64,000 nt of DNA from Mytilus californianus (lineage: Eukaryota). Shown here piece by piece: positions 35,164 to 47,987 of the stretch. The notes under the pieces are model-generated. The model saw only the letters and a program-made list of their open reading frames with translations, had not been told where the DNA came from and did not search any database. The DNA is taken from assembly GCF_021869535.1 (NCBI RefSeq), contig NW_026262675.1:3968001-4032000 (forward strand). Direction: 5' to 3'. Position 1 is the stretch's first letter, and the number at the start of each line of letters is the position of its first letter. A program made the translations under genes and the position numbers.

Positions 35164-38100
35164 ATGCCACCAACAGTCCCTCACGGATATACCGGGGAAA
35201 CTTTTCCGGATTATTTCAATTCGAATGCAAGACCAAAAATTACAACTCAGAAACTGGGACAGCTCTCCGATGATGAAATTAAACAATTCTTTGAAGATGT
35301 AAGTACACAATGCATGAAAATAACATTTTATAAACATTACAAAGGAACTCAGTTTAGTTGTCAAAACATCTGATACGGCAAACATTTCATCATCCCAATT
35401 TTTTGAAAAAAGCACTGTACAAAAACTGTAATATTAAAGATGAGGTGACTATAACACGATATTTGTCAACATAGTAGTACACATTGTTGTTTCATGCTTG
35501 CTTTAATATTAATCATATTTATTAAATATAGTTATTTTATTTTCATATCCGATTAAAAATTTGAAAGAGGGAAAAAAATTAGACAACAGTCTCGAAATGA
35601 TAGGATTTTTTTTTCATATTAACGTTATCGTTGTCATAGATCATTTTATTTATTTAATGAATTTTCTAGGGGTACGTCATCGTGGAGAAATTTTTCAATA
35701 GGGATGAAATAGATCCATGCAGAGATGCTGTTAATGAACTAGTTGAAGAGTTGGCACAAAAACTGTACAACACCAAGCGCATTAAAAGTATGTACTGGAT
35801 ATTGTTAAGTAGTCCTTCCATAATCATAGATGCCTTTCATGAAATTACGGATTTTGTGTGATTGAAATTGGTTTTTACAAAATTTTGAAAATTATTTTAA
35901 ATTAAGGAACATATCTTCCTCTTGCAAAGCTCTGATTCCTTGCCCGGCTTTGGCTATCCTTTTTTGTCCTTTTTGGTTTATAGCTCTTCATCTTTTAAAT
36001 ATGCTTTGGATTTTCAAATATTTTGGCCTCGAGCATCACCGAATAGACATTTATTGTCGAAATGCGCATCAAGTGCAGAAAAACTGGTACCGTTAATGTT
36101 ATTACTTAGTCTACCACTGGGTCGAAGCCTCTGCTGGTGGACTGCCCCGAGGGTATCACCAGCCCAGTAGCCAATACTTCGGTACTGACATGCAAATACG
36201 GATTTTGGGTTATTAAAATTTGCTGTTACAAAATTTTGGAAATTGTTTTGAATAAAGGAATATATCTCCCCCATGCAAAGCTCCGATTACTTGCCCGGCT
36301 TTGGCTATACTTATTTGTCCTTTTTGGTTTATAGCTCTTCATCTTTTTGATAAGCTATGGACGTTCATATATTTTGGCCTCGAGCATCACTGAAGAGACA
36401 TTTATTGCCGAAATGCGCATCTGGTGCAGAAAATTTGCATGTTAATGTTATTTAAAATAAGTATGAAAATCCCGTTAACACAGTGTGCGAACCAAAATAA
36501 CAGATATTTCATCAGCATAACCTAAGTACAAGCAATTAAGCTCCATTTATGTTATTTTTTTTATAAAATTTCATTTTAAATTGTCATTAGAGTATGTGTA
36601 AGCATATCCATGTGTGTGTGTGTGTGTGTGAGTGCCGGACAAGAAGATATGAATAGCAATGGTTATACTTATGTGTTACAGGTTTATATCGAGAACTGGG
36701 ATTTTTTGAACGACTGACTGCCATAGAAAAAGATTTTCCAGGGGCCAATATTCTTCTTCACAAAGGAGACCAGTTAGCCCAAGTGAGTTTCAGTTTTGTG
36801 TGTTTTTATTTAAAGCTACGAAGAATGGAATACATTTCTTCTCAATTATCAAAATCAGCTGGGAATGTACTCGAGCTCAAAAACCTATCAAGGTTTCAAA
36901 TACTAACTGAATTCGTTAAAAAAATCGACAAAAAATGCGAACGTTGTGTACATGGAACATAGTGATACAAAACGTAGAGGTTTCATAATCATCAGATACG
37001 ATCAACTATTTCTCATCAAGTCGTTACCAAAGGGAAGTTATTGGCAATCAACTATCTACCATCTGCACCATATATGATAATTTTTATTATATAATAACTA
37101 AATTTGATATATATATAGAGTTTGTTTAGACTTTGTTAAGCAAGTCCCGAATGAGTAACAAGAGCAACATCTTACTAAAGGTTTCTGACTCCAAGTTCAG
37201 TAACAACATACAGGAAAATAACATACACATTTCTTATCAAAATAACTGTTAAACCTTATACATGTACATGTAACAAATGATGCAAATACAACTTTAGGAG
37301 TGCAGTATTGATTAATTTGCATTACAAGTAAGAAAAAGTTGTAATTGTAAATTGGTGTTACCATAAATCGAACCAATAAAGAACTGAACAATGTTTCCCT
37401 ATGAACAACCTATAGAAAACTTTATCAATCTGATTAAAATTCAGATCTAACGGAACTCGCGTACTCGTATGAGCATAACGAAATCAGAGATCTATATTTT
37501 AATTAGATTGAAAACTTAATACTCTATGTAGGCATTTAAAGACTTGTGGAGTAATGAACGAATGTTAAATGTGGTGGAACAGTTAATTGGACCTGAAATT
37601 GCAGGACATCCTGTGTGGAATTTACGAACAAAGACTCCTCAAAATGAAGCTACAACAGTACCTTGGCACCAAGGTAAACAGTGCTACATTTAAGTTGTGT
37701 TTTATTCTGACAGACATAAAGTCATCTACTATAGGTTATGTTTAGTATTTGAAAGTTAACAAAAGTTCGGAAAAACACTTTGTTTTACCATTGTGTCATA
37801 CTTTTTCCCATTCCTGCAGCTCAGAAAAAAAAACACACAGACGGAAATCAGCAGTATGTGTAATTTTTAAAGGTAAACACATATACATCCATCTGATTTC
37901 AAATATTTGATGAACTTCGACTTGTATAAAGGTTAAGATGTTTTTTTTTAATCTTGCCAAAATACTACAATTTTAACATAGACATAGAAATAGCGATATA
38001 ACTAGTAATACAAAATCACTCCACTTTTGCATATCACCTTAAGTATAAACCACGAAGTAATGACCCCTGAAATATGCATTGTTTATGTTTTTACGTCTGT

Positions 38101-41100
38101 GTTGGTCAAATTTTTATAGTTCATAGTAACATTTTTTTCGCATAGATAATTTTTGCCCCCACCCTGATCTAGAAAATTGTTGTGTCTAGGGATTTAATAT
38201 AAACATTTTCCAAAGTTTTGGTCAAAAGATCCCCTGTTTTTCCTTCGCTGTTATCCCGTCTGTGCGGGGCGTCAATCAGCTGCAGCCCGTTTACGTTTGA
38301 CGTTGACCTCCGAAGGCACATGTTTTGCACTTATGACCATTTCTTTAATTACCCGTTGATTTGTAATATTCTAAATTGCTTTTTTTTGTAAAACTAACTT
38401 AATGGGTTTATTCTTCACAGTAGGCACACACAGCTGACCTAATAAAGAATTAAAGAAAACACAGTCATTGACACTATCAGCATTTTATTCCACGTCGCGA
38501 ATGTATATTCGCCTTTAAGAATCATTTTGTTTGTCCGTTTTTACATCTGCACCATTCATGTCCCCTCAGATTGGTTGATTTCTATGTGAGTTTTTTTTAT
38601 CAGAAACCTACAAGCATGACGACAGTTGCAGTCTTTGTATCTCAAGAAAATTTTGATTACCGCGATCTACTTTGCATGAGACATATATGTTTAAATTTTA
38701 CCGCAAGAATCCATGAAGAGTTCTAGGCAATGTCCTAACATCGTATTTCCCTGTCGCATTATAATTTAAAATAATAAACACAGGATCCTGACCTACTTCA
38801 CACTATTGACAAGTAAGTTTGAATAATTTTTGTCATTTGTTTCTCAGATATCATTAAAATTTACATTGATAAGTCTGCAACATTAAAATCACAATGAATA
38901 CATTTTATACTAAAAGAAGAAGAAGAAGATGTTTTATTTCCATTAAATGGGCTCATAAAGAGCATAATACAGTATTAAGACATTATTTAGACAAAAAAAA
39001 AATCAAATTAATCAAGTATACATACAAAGAAAAGAAAAAGCAGTTTGAACATGAATGGACTACACATACATATAAATATCTATATATACGTTTAAAAGTG
39101 TTATACCTCCTTCAGCAACTAAGGTTTCAAGTCATTAAGTGGTGAGTCAATGATAGTTTACTTTTCTGATATCTGGAAACAAAAAAATATCAGTGTTATT
39201 ATGATCTATATTTTGGGCTTAAAGGATGCTCTTAACAAACAACGGTCGTCTTGCAGTTGGATCACACAGAATATGACATATCTAAATTTCTGTAATTAAT
39301 TTACAATTCATTCCATCAAAGCTACAGACCGACTCGATTGTCTTTCAGACTGTGGTTATTTAAATGTCGACTGTTATAAAACACTCCAGCCAACAGCTTG
39401 GATTCCTTTGCTTGATACAAACGAGAAAAATGGTTGCATGCAGGTTTGTTCAATTTTTTCATAACGGATTTCAAATTTTGAACTCGTTTAAATACACAGT
39501 TTAAATATATGAATACACAGTAATCTGAGGTCTGATTTGGGACGTTTTATTAATTATATATGCACGTGTGGGAGTCAATATTTGATATGCGGTCAGGACA
39601 ACAATATTTGATATGATGTGTTACTTAAAAAGAGTATAATTTATGTTTGTTGGACATACATGTGACCTATCGTTGCTTTCATTCTTGTCATTTGACTCTG
39701 TTGGATAGTTGTCTCTCTCATTAGCATTCATACTACATCTCCTTATTTTTATATGACATATATTCAATATCTACCAGTGAAGTTAAAGTTCTAGATTCAT
39801 TTTTGCTCAGAACTCTGCATGATAATTCAACAATATTGAGTTTGTGAATTCATTGTAGATATTACATCTGTATCTGAGTAAGGGCTTTTGACCTTGACTA
39901 AAGCTGCCAAGGTCATCAACGTTTAAAATAGTTTTTAAAGTTGTTTTAAGACTAGACATGTTTTGTGAGTCACTTTTGGATAATATTGACGTTAAGTATG
40001 ATATTTATAGGTGGCCAACAAAGGGCACAAGAAAGGTCTTGTAGCGCCACACCAATGTTGCTATGGTGGCACCTGGTATGTCATGTTAGAAGAGAAGGAA
40101 ATGATTAAGACATTGGGTAGGTAAATAATCCGAAATAAAAGAAAAACTTTCTTTCTAAAGATACTTTTGAATTGAGACAGGTTTATATATGAAAATAGAT
40201 ACAAGTACAAAAAAAATAAAAATGTATTAGTAGAGAACACGCTTCATTTATTATCGGTTATCGGCTTTGCACTAGCTTTCAGTAACTGCGAGTACTCTTG
40301 GATTGGTACTTTATGACTTTTGTCTTTATGTAATTTTTTTGTGCTTGGTGCCACTGTCAAAAGTCTAGCTATTTACAACTGATTTTACAGTTATTTTAGT
40401 GTGCTGTTAAACCACTGTCCAAGTTTAGGGGAGGATTGAACACTCACAAACATGTTTAACCTAGCCCTATTTTATATGTGCCTGTCCCGAAGCAGGACAA
40501 TGTAATTCAGTAGTTGTCGTTCGTGGCTTTCTGTCATATTTGTTTTTCGTTTATTGTTTTGTTATAAATCAGGCCGGTTTGTTTTGTTTGAATTGTTTCA
40601 CATTTTATCATGCTTTTTATAGCTGACTATACGGTATTGGGTTTGCTCATTGTTAAAGGCCATACGGTGACCTATAGTTGCTTAAATCCACTTCATTAGG
40701 ACTCTGTTGGATATTTGTCTCAATGGCAATCATACTTCACCTCCTTATTTATATAAAAATAAACGAAGATTAATTTTGTATTTACATTGTGTCATAGATC
40801 AAATTTATTCGTTCAGTGTATGTTCACTTGTTTTTGTTAATATGTCTTTAGATTGAGTTAAGCCATTCCAATTGATATTTTATAGTGTGTCTTTCTATGT
40901 TGTGATGTTACACTATTGTTTCAGGTTAGGGTGAAGGTTTGCGCCTATTAAAACGTTTAAACCCGCTGCATTTGTTTGCACCTGTCATAAGTAAGGAACC
41001 TGATGTTCAGTGGTTGTCGTTTGTTGATGTAGTTCATATGTGTTTCTCGTTTCTCGTTTTTATATAGATAAGACCGTTAGTTTTCCTGTTTGAATGGTTT

Positions 41101-42432
41101 TACACTAGTCATTTTTTGGGACCCTTTATAGCTTGCTGTTCGGGGTGAGCCAAGGCTCCGTGTTGAAGGCCGTACTTTGACCTATAATGGTTTACTTTTA
41201 CAAATTGTGACTTGGATGGAGAGTTGTCTCATTGGCACTCATACCACATCTTCTTATATCTATGCACACCATGTAACCACATTTATTGATATATAAACAC
41301 AAGTGAAACATCTATTCGCAAATCTAAGATATTGCCATATAGAATATGCAACGCGCAACCAAAATAAGTCACATTTACAGTGTGATGAACTTACAGCATG
41401 GTGTTCTTATTTACAGATGTGGACGTGGATAAAGACATAATAACGTGTCCAGTACCATATGGTGGCATGTTATTGTTGAACAACTTAATACCACACAGAA
41501 GGTATGTTTATATGGTATATGGTTACCATTAACTTTTTTAAAGATAGATCTCCATTAGTTATTTTACTTACATAGGAAAATGATCAGACTAGCATTATAC
41601 TTTTTATTCCTATATTATACTGTTTTGATTTGATCGCCACTGGTGAGTCTTATGTAGATGAAACGCGCGTTTTGCATACCAAATTACAAGCCTGGTATCT
41701 TTGTTAAGTTTTTATAAAGACAAAACTAGATATAGCTATAACTATTTCTTTTCAAGTCTTCCTAACATGACAAAACAAATCCGTTGGAGCTTGGATTTGA
41801 GATGGCAACGGCCAGACGAACCAGCAGGATTTTATGGAATGAAGGAACCATTGCTTATGAGAACAGGAAAGGATCCTAACTATAAGATTGATTGGACTCC
41901 ATTTGATAACGTTGATAGACGTGAGAAGCAAAGAGAAGCAGTAAAAGATGTCTTGCCGGTATGTAGAATCTCAATACTGGTTAGCACGGTTTAATGAATA
42001 GTTCAATTTCTATTAATGTACCTTCCAAGAACTGTAGCTGTACTGAAGTGACTATCGTGCTTAATGCATTCTATTAAAAAATATAAACTTTATCAGGTGC
42101 TTCGAACGGCGGAATACGTTTATTTACAATGGTATTAGTTAGTGATCAAAGGAAGTTATCAGTCAATGATGATATATATGTAAACAAAATTGAAATAACA
42201 CAAGTTTGTTGCGCCCGAAGCATTTTTCTGGGTTTACCTTAATTGGGGACCATTATTATCGAATAACCATGCATATTGTTTTTTTTTTAATTTTCAGTTA
42301 CCCGATGATCCTGAATTTGACACAACCATTCAAGGACCATGGATGAAAAAGTGGGACATTGTCCATATGAATCAACATACTTCAAAGTTAACAGAGGATG
42401 TACTTAGTTCATGGCATGGTCATAAGTCTTAA
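35164..42432 (+). CDS. PhyH-family Fe(II)/2-oxoglutarate dioxygenase, 9 exons, 372 aa
   Basis: GT-AG exons in consistent phase: 35164-35298, 35670-35787, 36682-36782, 37532-37673, 39349-39443, 40011-40116, 41417-41501, 41757-41958 and 42298-42432 (sum 1119 nt). Motifs: GYVIVEKFF, VPWHQD (HxD), TAWIPLLDTNEKNGCMQV, LIPHRS (distal His), IRWSLDLRW (2OG-binding Arg region). Confidence 0.92.
36033..36076 (+). ncRNA. Type I hammerhead motif, mutated core
   Basis: gcatca CCGAATA gaca-tttat-tgtc GAAA t-gcgc-ATC aagtgc. The CUGANGA box and stem I are damaged. Confidence 0.6.
36384..36427 (+). ncRNA. Type I hammerhead ribozyme, intact catalytic core
   Basis: gcatca CTGAAGA gaca-tttat-tgcc GAAA t-gcgc-ATC tggtgc. 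6-bp stem I, one mismatch in stem II, palindromic ATGCGCAT stem III. Confidence 0.8.
36611..36630. repeat. (TG)n microsatellite
   Basis: About 10 TG units upstream of exon 3. Confidence 0.9.
41634..41677 (+). ncRNA. Degenerate type I hammerhead motif in dioxygenase intron 7
   Basis: tcgcca CTGGTGA gtct-tatgt-agat GAAA c-gcgc-GTT ttgcat. Same family as 59396-59439. Core A>G change and broken stem I. Confidence 0.6.
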
Positions 42433-43029
42433 CAAATCATTATCTTGTGACACATTAGATATCAATGTTGCTAATTATAAGTATAATATACTACTTTAGT
42501 ATTACTGAACTGTTAGTAGACTAACAACAGATGAGAGTTTTAAATGCTTACTACACATGAAAAAGTGGATTGGTTTTTCGCAATGCGAATTGGGAAATTC
42601 CTACAATAATAAATTCATAAACTTATATTTTCACTTTTTTTACATTAGTTAAAGCAATCAGTGACCTAACATTGTATTTCAGAATATAAATTAACTGTAA
42701 TTAGAATTATAACACCATACTTTTGTACGTTTTATAAAATGTATTTGTTTTCTAACTATTATCTTTTCATCATATTTAAAATTATTTGTTCTACAAGAAG
42801 GATTTGCATAGCGTGAATGATTTCTATGCATTATTCATTTATAATTAAAAAATGTGAAAAAATATGTTTTTGAATGTGTACGAATTGCTTACGTGTTTAT
42901 TGTTTGAAGTCCTTCGGTTAATTACCTGCCTGGTACAGCCCATCTAATGTTTTTACAAAACACAAACATTATTGAATACATTAAGATCGATAAGTCTTTT
43001 TCTTCATGTTTGTACATTTATAGTTGAAA

Positions 43030-44253
43030 ATGGCAAGATTAATACTATCCGTAATTTTAATTTGGTTTTTTAACGCTTGTTCCCAAGCACAAACTGGTGA
43101 CAATATGAAAGCTTTGATGACAAAATTGTTTACTACAGACGGTTATAACAAAGAAGTACGCCCAAGTCTTAACCAGTCAGAACCCTTACGAGTGGATTTA
43201 GACCTTTTCCTTGTAGCTGTCAATGGTATTGATGAGGTTGGACAAAAGCTGATAACAACTGGATTTGTCGACATATACTGGAAAGACGAATATTTACAAT
43301 GGGCACCTGCTACGTATGGAGATTTGTCAACCATCTATGTATCACAAGATAAAATTTGGAAACCAGATATATCACTACAAAACGGATTCAAAAAGTTAGA
43401 GGAACTAGGAAACGGTTTTATCAAAGTGATCATTGAAAAAGATGGTATGTTGAGATGGTCACCCTTTGAAATATTCGAAACAAAGTGTGATATTAACATT
43501 GAAAAATTTCCATTCGATGAACAAACTTGTGACATTATTTTTGTTGTATGGTCATACAGTATTTCCGAGGTAAAAATTTCAAAAGGATCGAAAGGAATAA
43601 ATTTTTACAATTTCAAAGGTAATGGGGAATGGAAAGTTGTGTCGACTTCAGCCACCGTAGATTCATCTGCAGAAACAAGAGTCAAGTTTTCCCTTACTGT
43701 ACGCAGAATTCCTACATTTTATTTGATAAATGTTATCGCACCTATTGTATTATTGGCTGTATTAAACATATTTACATTTGCACTACCAGTAGACTGTGGT
43801 GAGAAGATGAGTTACTCTATTACTGTGTTTCTGTCGTTTGCCGTATTTTTGTCAATTGTCAGTTCAACGCTACCAAAAACCGCGGGGTCTATTTTGGAAT
43901 TTTACTTAATGTTTCAACTTGGAATGGGAACTATCGTTGTTATTGTCACTGCTGTGGAACTCCGATTACACTTCCGAGCAAAGCCTGTCCCTAAATGGCT
44001 ACAAGTTGTCTTTACTCTATCGTTCATTAAATACATGCGAAGTAAAAAGAATGTTGGATGTTCTGACGTCAATACTCAAAATGATAGTGCTACCATGAAT
44101 GGTGAAGTCATTAAGACGGAACGAACCCACACCGACTCTACAGAATTGACTTGGCCAGATATAATTGCAAGAGTTGACATGATTCTATTTTGGGTTTTAT
44201 TAGTTACAGTCATTATCATGACATTAATTATATATCTTCTGCTAACTAATTAG
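43030..44253 (+). CDS. nAChR-like Cys-loop ligand-gated channel subunit 1 (non-alpha, intronless CDS, 407 aa)
   Basis: Signal peptide, WKPD, Cys-loop CDINIEKFPFDEQTC, four TM segments, M2 GEKMSYSITVFL. No loop-C vicinal CC. ATG at 43030; the track starts at an upstream TTG. Confidence 0.93.
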   Translation: MARLILSVILIWFFNACSQAQTGDNMKALMTKLFTTDGYNKEVRPSLNQSEPLRVDLDLFLVAVNGIDEVGQKLITTGFVDIYWKDEYLQWAPATYGDLSTIYVSQDKIWKPDISLQNGFKKLEELGNGFIKVIIEKDGMLRWSPFEIFETKCDINIEKFPFDEQTCDIIFVVWSYSISEVKISKGSKGINFYNFKGNGEWKVVSTSATVDSSAETRVKFSLTVRRIPTFYLINVIAPIVLLAVLNIFTFALPVDCGEKMSYSITVFLSFAVFLSIVSSTLPKTAGSILEFYLMFQLGMGTIVVIVTAVELRLHFRAKPVPKWLQVVFTLSFIKYMRSKKNVGCSDVNTQNDSATMNGEVIKTERTHTDSTELTWPDIIARVDMILFWVLLVTVIIMTLIIYLLLTN

Positions 44254-45267
44254 TTAGATGTTATATTTTTCGTTTTAGCGAAGTTGCATTATCTTTGTGG
44301 TTTTATAACTTTTCTATTACACTAAAATGTTAGAGGAGCACACTTTTTTATCGATAAGACTAGAATTCATGACATTCCATTATATTTAGACTGTGCCATG
44401 GTGGGTAATGTATGCATAGCAGGAATCGCTTACGCTGTCGACGAACAAAATCTCGATCTGTTTGGAGTTCGTGTGATTCCCTAAGTTTTTATTTTTGGGT
44501 GGTAAACTAGTATTCCGTATGGATTTATGAGCTTTGAGCATTGTACAGTTGTCTCTTATTTACATTGACAAGACAACCTACTTAGAAAGAATTAACATAA
44601 TATGATTAAAATATGACTATTGTAAGTCTTCCAAACTATCTTGGCATAAGGAATACGGAAAAAACGTTCTATAGGGTGTAATTTTAATTGCTGATGAGAA
44701 GAGTGAAACCTTTTGCTGAAATTTTGTTCGGAATGACCATCCGGCAAAGGGAGTGTGTTGAGGAAAATATATCATTTCATGTTGATAAAGGAAAATATAT
44801 TTTGAAAACTCAGCGTGTTTTTATATTCAATTAAAGATTATTGATTTGAAGTACCGGGGTTGACCTCTGAGGTAAGAGCGTTTAACTTAAGTAAGTTCAT
44901 TTGAGTTCTCTAAGGGAAGGTAATATGTTGCAGTCGATGCTTCTTGTCAAGATGAATAAGAATATATGTTGTTTAAGGGTGGGGATCTCTGTGGTTTATG
45001 AACTTTTTTTAACTATATTGAAGAGGGGACGGGATCACATTCGTTGGTAACTGTTCAATATATTTCAAACACTTTTTGTCAAAAGGGTTAGAATCATATA
45101 TCTATGATATATATAATTGGTACTAGTTTATAAAAAAAAAAAATTAAAAACTTTTTTTTTAATAAGACAATGAAGTAAGTCGTCCCTTCTTTATGTCCAA
45201 AATAGAAATACCCTTCACTTGATCTCACCCGTATCAATGAAGAATCAAAATAGTACCATACAAAACT

Positions 45268-45268
<1 letters not shown>

Positions 45269-45308
<40 letters not shown>
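45269..45308. repeat. (TAA)n microsatellite
   Basis: About 13 units. Confidence 0.9.
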
Positions 45309-45309
<1 letters not shown>

Positions 45310-46510
45310 TATTTATACATTCAAGATATAAATATGAAAATGATTAGATATTAAATATTTGAGAAAGTTTCTCTCGTTAAATTTATTTCTTCAATATAAA
45401 TTTTGAGTAACATCACGTATAATGCTTGTCTTTTAAGCATGGTACGTCGATCAGCAAATTTGTACTGTTTACTTAAAGACAAAACTTATTGTATTTTCTA
45501 TCACGAGAATTTAGAAAATATCATTATGAGTAAGCGTTTAACTAAATCATATTATTTCTGTAGTATTCAAGTCCAAATACTTCAGAATATAAAAAAAAAT
45601 TAATTAGACTATTGCTTTTGTATGGCTATAAGTATGTTTTTTTCATTTTGTGAAACTGATTTGTTCTACATTAAGTATTTTTTTTCGACAATGCGATACA
45701 ACAAATGAAGCGTGATATATTGAATGCATTTTCATCTATGATTTCAAGAAATATCAACATCTGTTTATTTGTGCATTCATTGTTTATGTATTAATTGATT
45801 GAAGTCATTCAGTGAAGAAAACTCTTGGTCCAACCCACATAATCCTGTCTCTGAACACAAACATATTATTAAAACACAAAGAACGATCAAGCTTTTCTTG
45901 TGTTATACATTAAAAGAAGAGTTGGCGATATTTTGTCTACCAAAAACTTCTTTTTTGTTTTCTGACAGACATATAACAAGCAAAAAGAGATGAAAGCTTC
46001 GGTGTCTTATTTTTTTTAATACATTCTTCTTCCATATAATGCCCATATTCAGCATGTTGAATATTTTAGCAAGATGCACATGATTAAAAACTGGTTAAAA
46101 GCGAAATTATTGAATTGGTTAGTTAGTGGTGTTGTCACTTGAAACTGGAATATCTCAAGTCACACTGCTGTGAAAATGTCCGGAGGCAGTTAGTTGACTG
46201 TATTTATGTAGAAGGACCACTTCCTACAATCTTTTGTAGCTGGCTGTAATAGGTATTTGTGATGTCCTGTACGACTGGAGCTTCTTGATTATTTTTGAAG
46301 GTATTTTTTTTCTAGTCGAGAGCGACCCGGTCATTCGTTATTTTGTAGCCAATGATAAGTCGTGCTTCTTTACTCCTTTGGTATTTCGAGCAGAGGAAGT
46401 GTAAGAAATCACGGCTTCGACTGGTCACACATTTAACCCTGCATCATTCACAAACCAGGAGATTTGTTTTAGAAAATTCATAAATCCATCCTTCACTCCT
46501 TTTACATTAA

Positions 46511-47116
46511 GGTAACTGGGGTGTCTTCCTCCATCTTGGATTTTGAAATAGCAGATAACAAATGGTCAGGATCTAAAATGAAATGTGCAAATTTCGAGAG
46601 TAGTATGTAATTCATGTGTAAGAATTTTCATGTTAATATAGAAAATTATGTGTTTTATCGTAATTATGGCTGGTTTTTTTTACAAAAAACAGAATATTTT
46701 TGTTTGATTCATTTTTTTTCCAACTATTTCAACTTTGCCACATAAGGGGAGATAACTCAGATAAAATAACTTTTATAGTAGAATGTGTTGTGAATTTACC
46801 TATTTTAATTATGTAGTAAGAAAACGAATCCGATTACCCCTTTTTTTCTTTTTCTTATCTGAAAGAATATAATTAGAGCTATATTTTCATATTTTATCTT
46901 AAAATTCTATGGTGTAGTTTTCTTTTTATCACACAAAATTGGGTTTTCCATTTATAATCTATACGAAATCTGATAATTTTGCACAACTTGCAGCGTAAAA
47001 AAAAACCGGTGACCCATACTTTTTATTATATATTTGAAAAAAGTATGATATAAACTACATTTTTTGACAAATTATTAAAAAATTCTATGGATTTTAATTT
47101 AGTCCCCCCATCTACC
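46511..47116. mobile_element. Non-autonomous DNA transposon with TTAA TSD (Kolobok-like)
   Basis: TTAA|GGTAACTGGGG ... CCCCCATCTACC|TTAA. GG start, imperfect TIR. Confidence 0.65.
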
Positions 47117-47149
47117 TTAATATAAAAAAAATCTACCGTATTTATACTT

Positions 47150-47860
47150 GGTATATAAATACACAAAATTCCTTTTAGAAACGGTATATAGATGTATCAT
47201 CAGGATGTTCGACTAAATATCTTTTTAAAGTTCTTACCACCATTCTTTCTACAGTAAAAAATGACCTTCAGAAATATTGTGATGAGGAATGTTCAACCAG
47301 CGGTATCAATCAGATGTGGATTATAAAAAAAAAATCCATAGATTTACTTCAATAGTTTCAATCTAAATCCTTACAATTTTACAGTAATATCAAAACTTTT
47401 GATTTTTCTACATTTTACACTAATATTCCCAAAGCTCAGTTGAAAGATCGAATTCGTCGTCCCATTTAACAGACTTTTTTTTTTTTAACAAAATGGGATT
47501 CGTAGATATACACTTCTTTTTTTAAGTCAAAATTCTGGACTTTTTGATCAACAACATATTTGTTGAGTTCGGTGGATTGATATTTCAACAGATAGGTGTG
47601 ATTCAAATGGGAACTAATTGTGCAAACCTACTGGTCGACTTATTTTTGTACTCAGAAGCAGAATTTATACAAAACCTTCTCAAAGACAAAAACAGTCTTT
47701 CAAAGTTATTTATTTTTACATCCAGATATATTGATGATGTCAGGTCGCTCAAATTTCAGTGAGTACTTGCATCTAATATATCCAAGTGATCTTAAGATTA
47801 AGGATACTACCAAAACTAGAAGGTATCTTGATATTTTCCTCGATATTGACTATAGAATCT
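47150..47860 (+). mobile_element. Degenerate Penelope-like reverse transcriptase fragment
   Basis: Frameshifted NNIFVEFGGLIFQQ..IQMGTNCANLLVDLFLYSEAEFIQ..RYIDD..IYPSDLKIKDTT..YLDI. These resemble PLE RT motifs (GIPMGTNCAPLLADLFL type). Confidence 0.75.
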
Positions 47861-47987
47861 ATGACATTTATGTAGAAAATAAGATTACAGTGGCACCACA
47901 AATAAACTACTGTTATGGTAAATTCGTATAAATAGGAGCAAAAACACACGAATTAAGTGAAAAAAGGAGACATTGAAAGATATTAAA

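Larger units (their letters stand above)
35885..36450 (+). repeat. Retrozyme-like tandem repeat (351-bp period) in dioxygenase intron 2
   Basis: Two hammerhead motifs start at 36033 and 36384. The unit is the reverse complement of the 13.8-16.5 kb array. Confidence 0.85.

Noticed and set aside
43143-43535. Antisense ORFs overlapping receptor genes (also 56945-57127 and 61816-62061)
   Set aside because: Shadow ORFs of real coding sequence, with no motifs.
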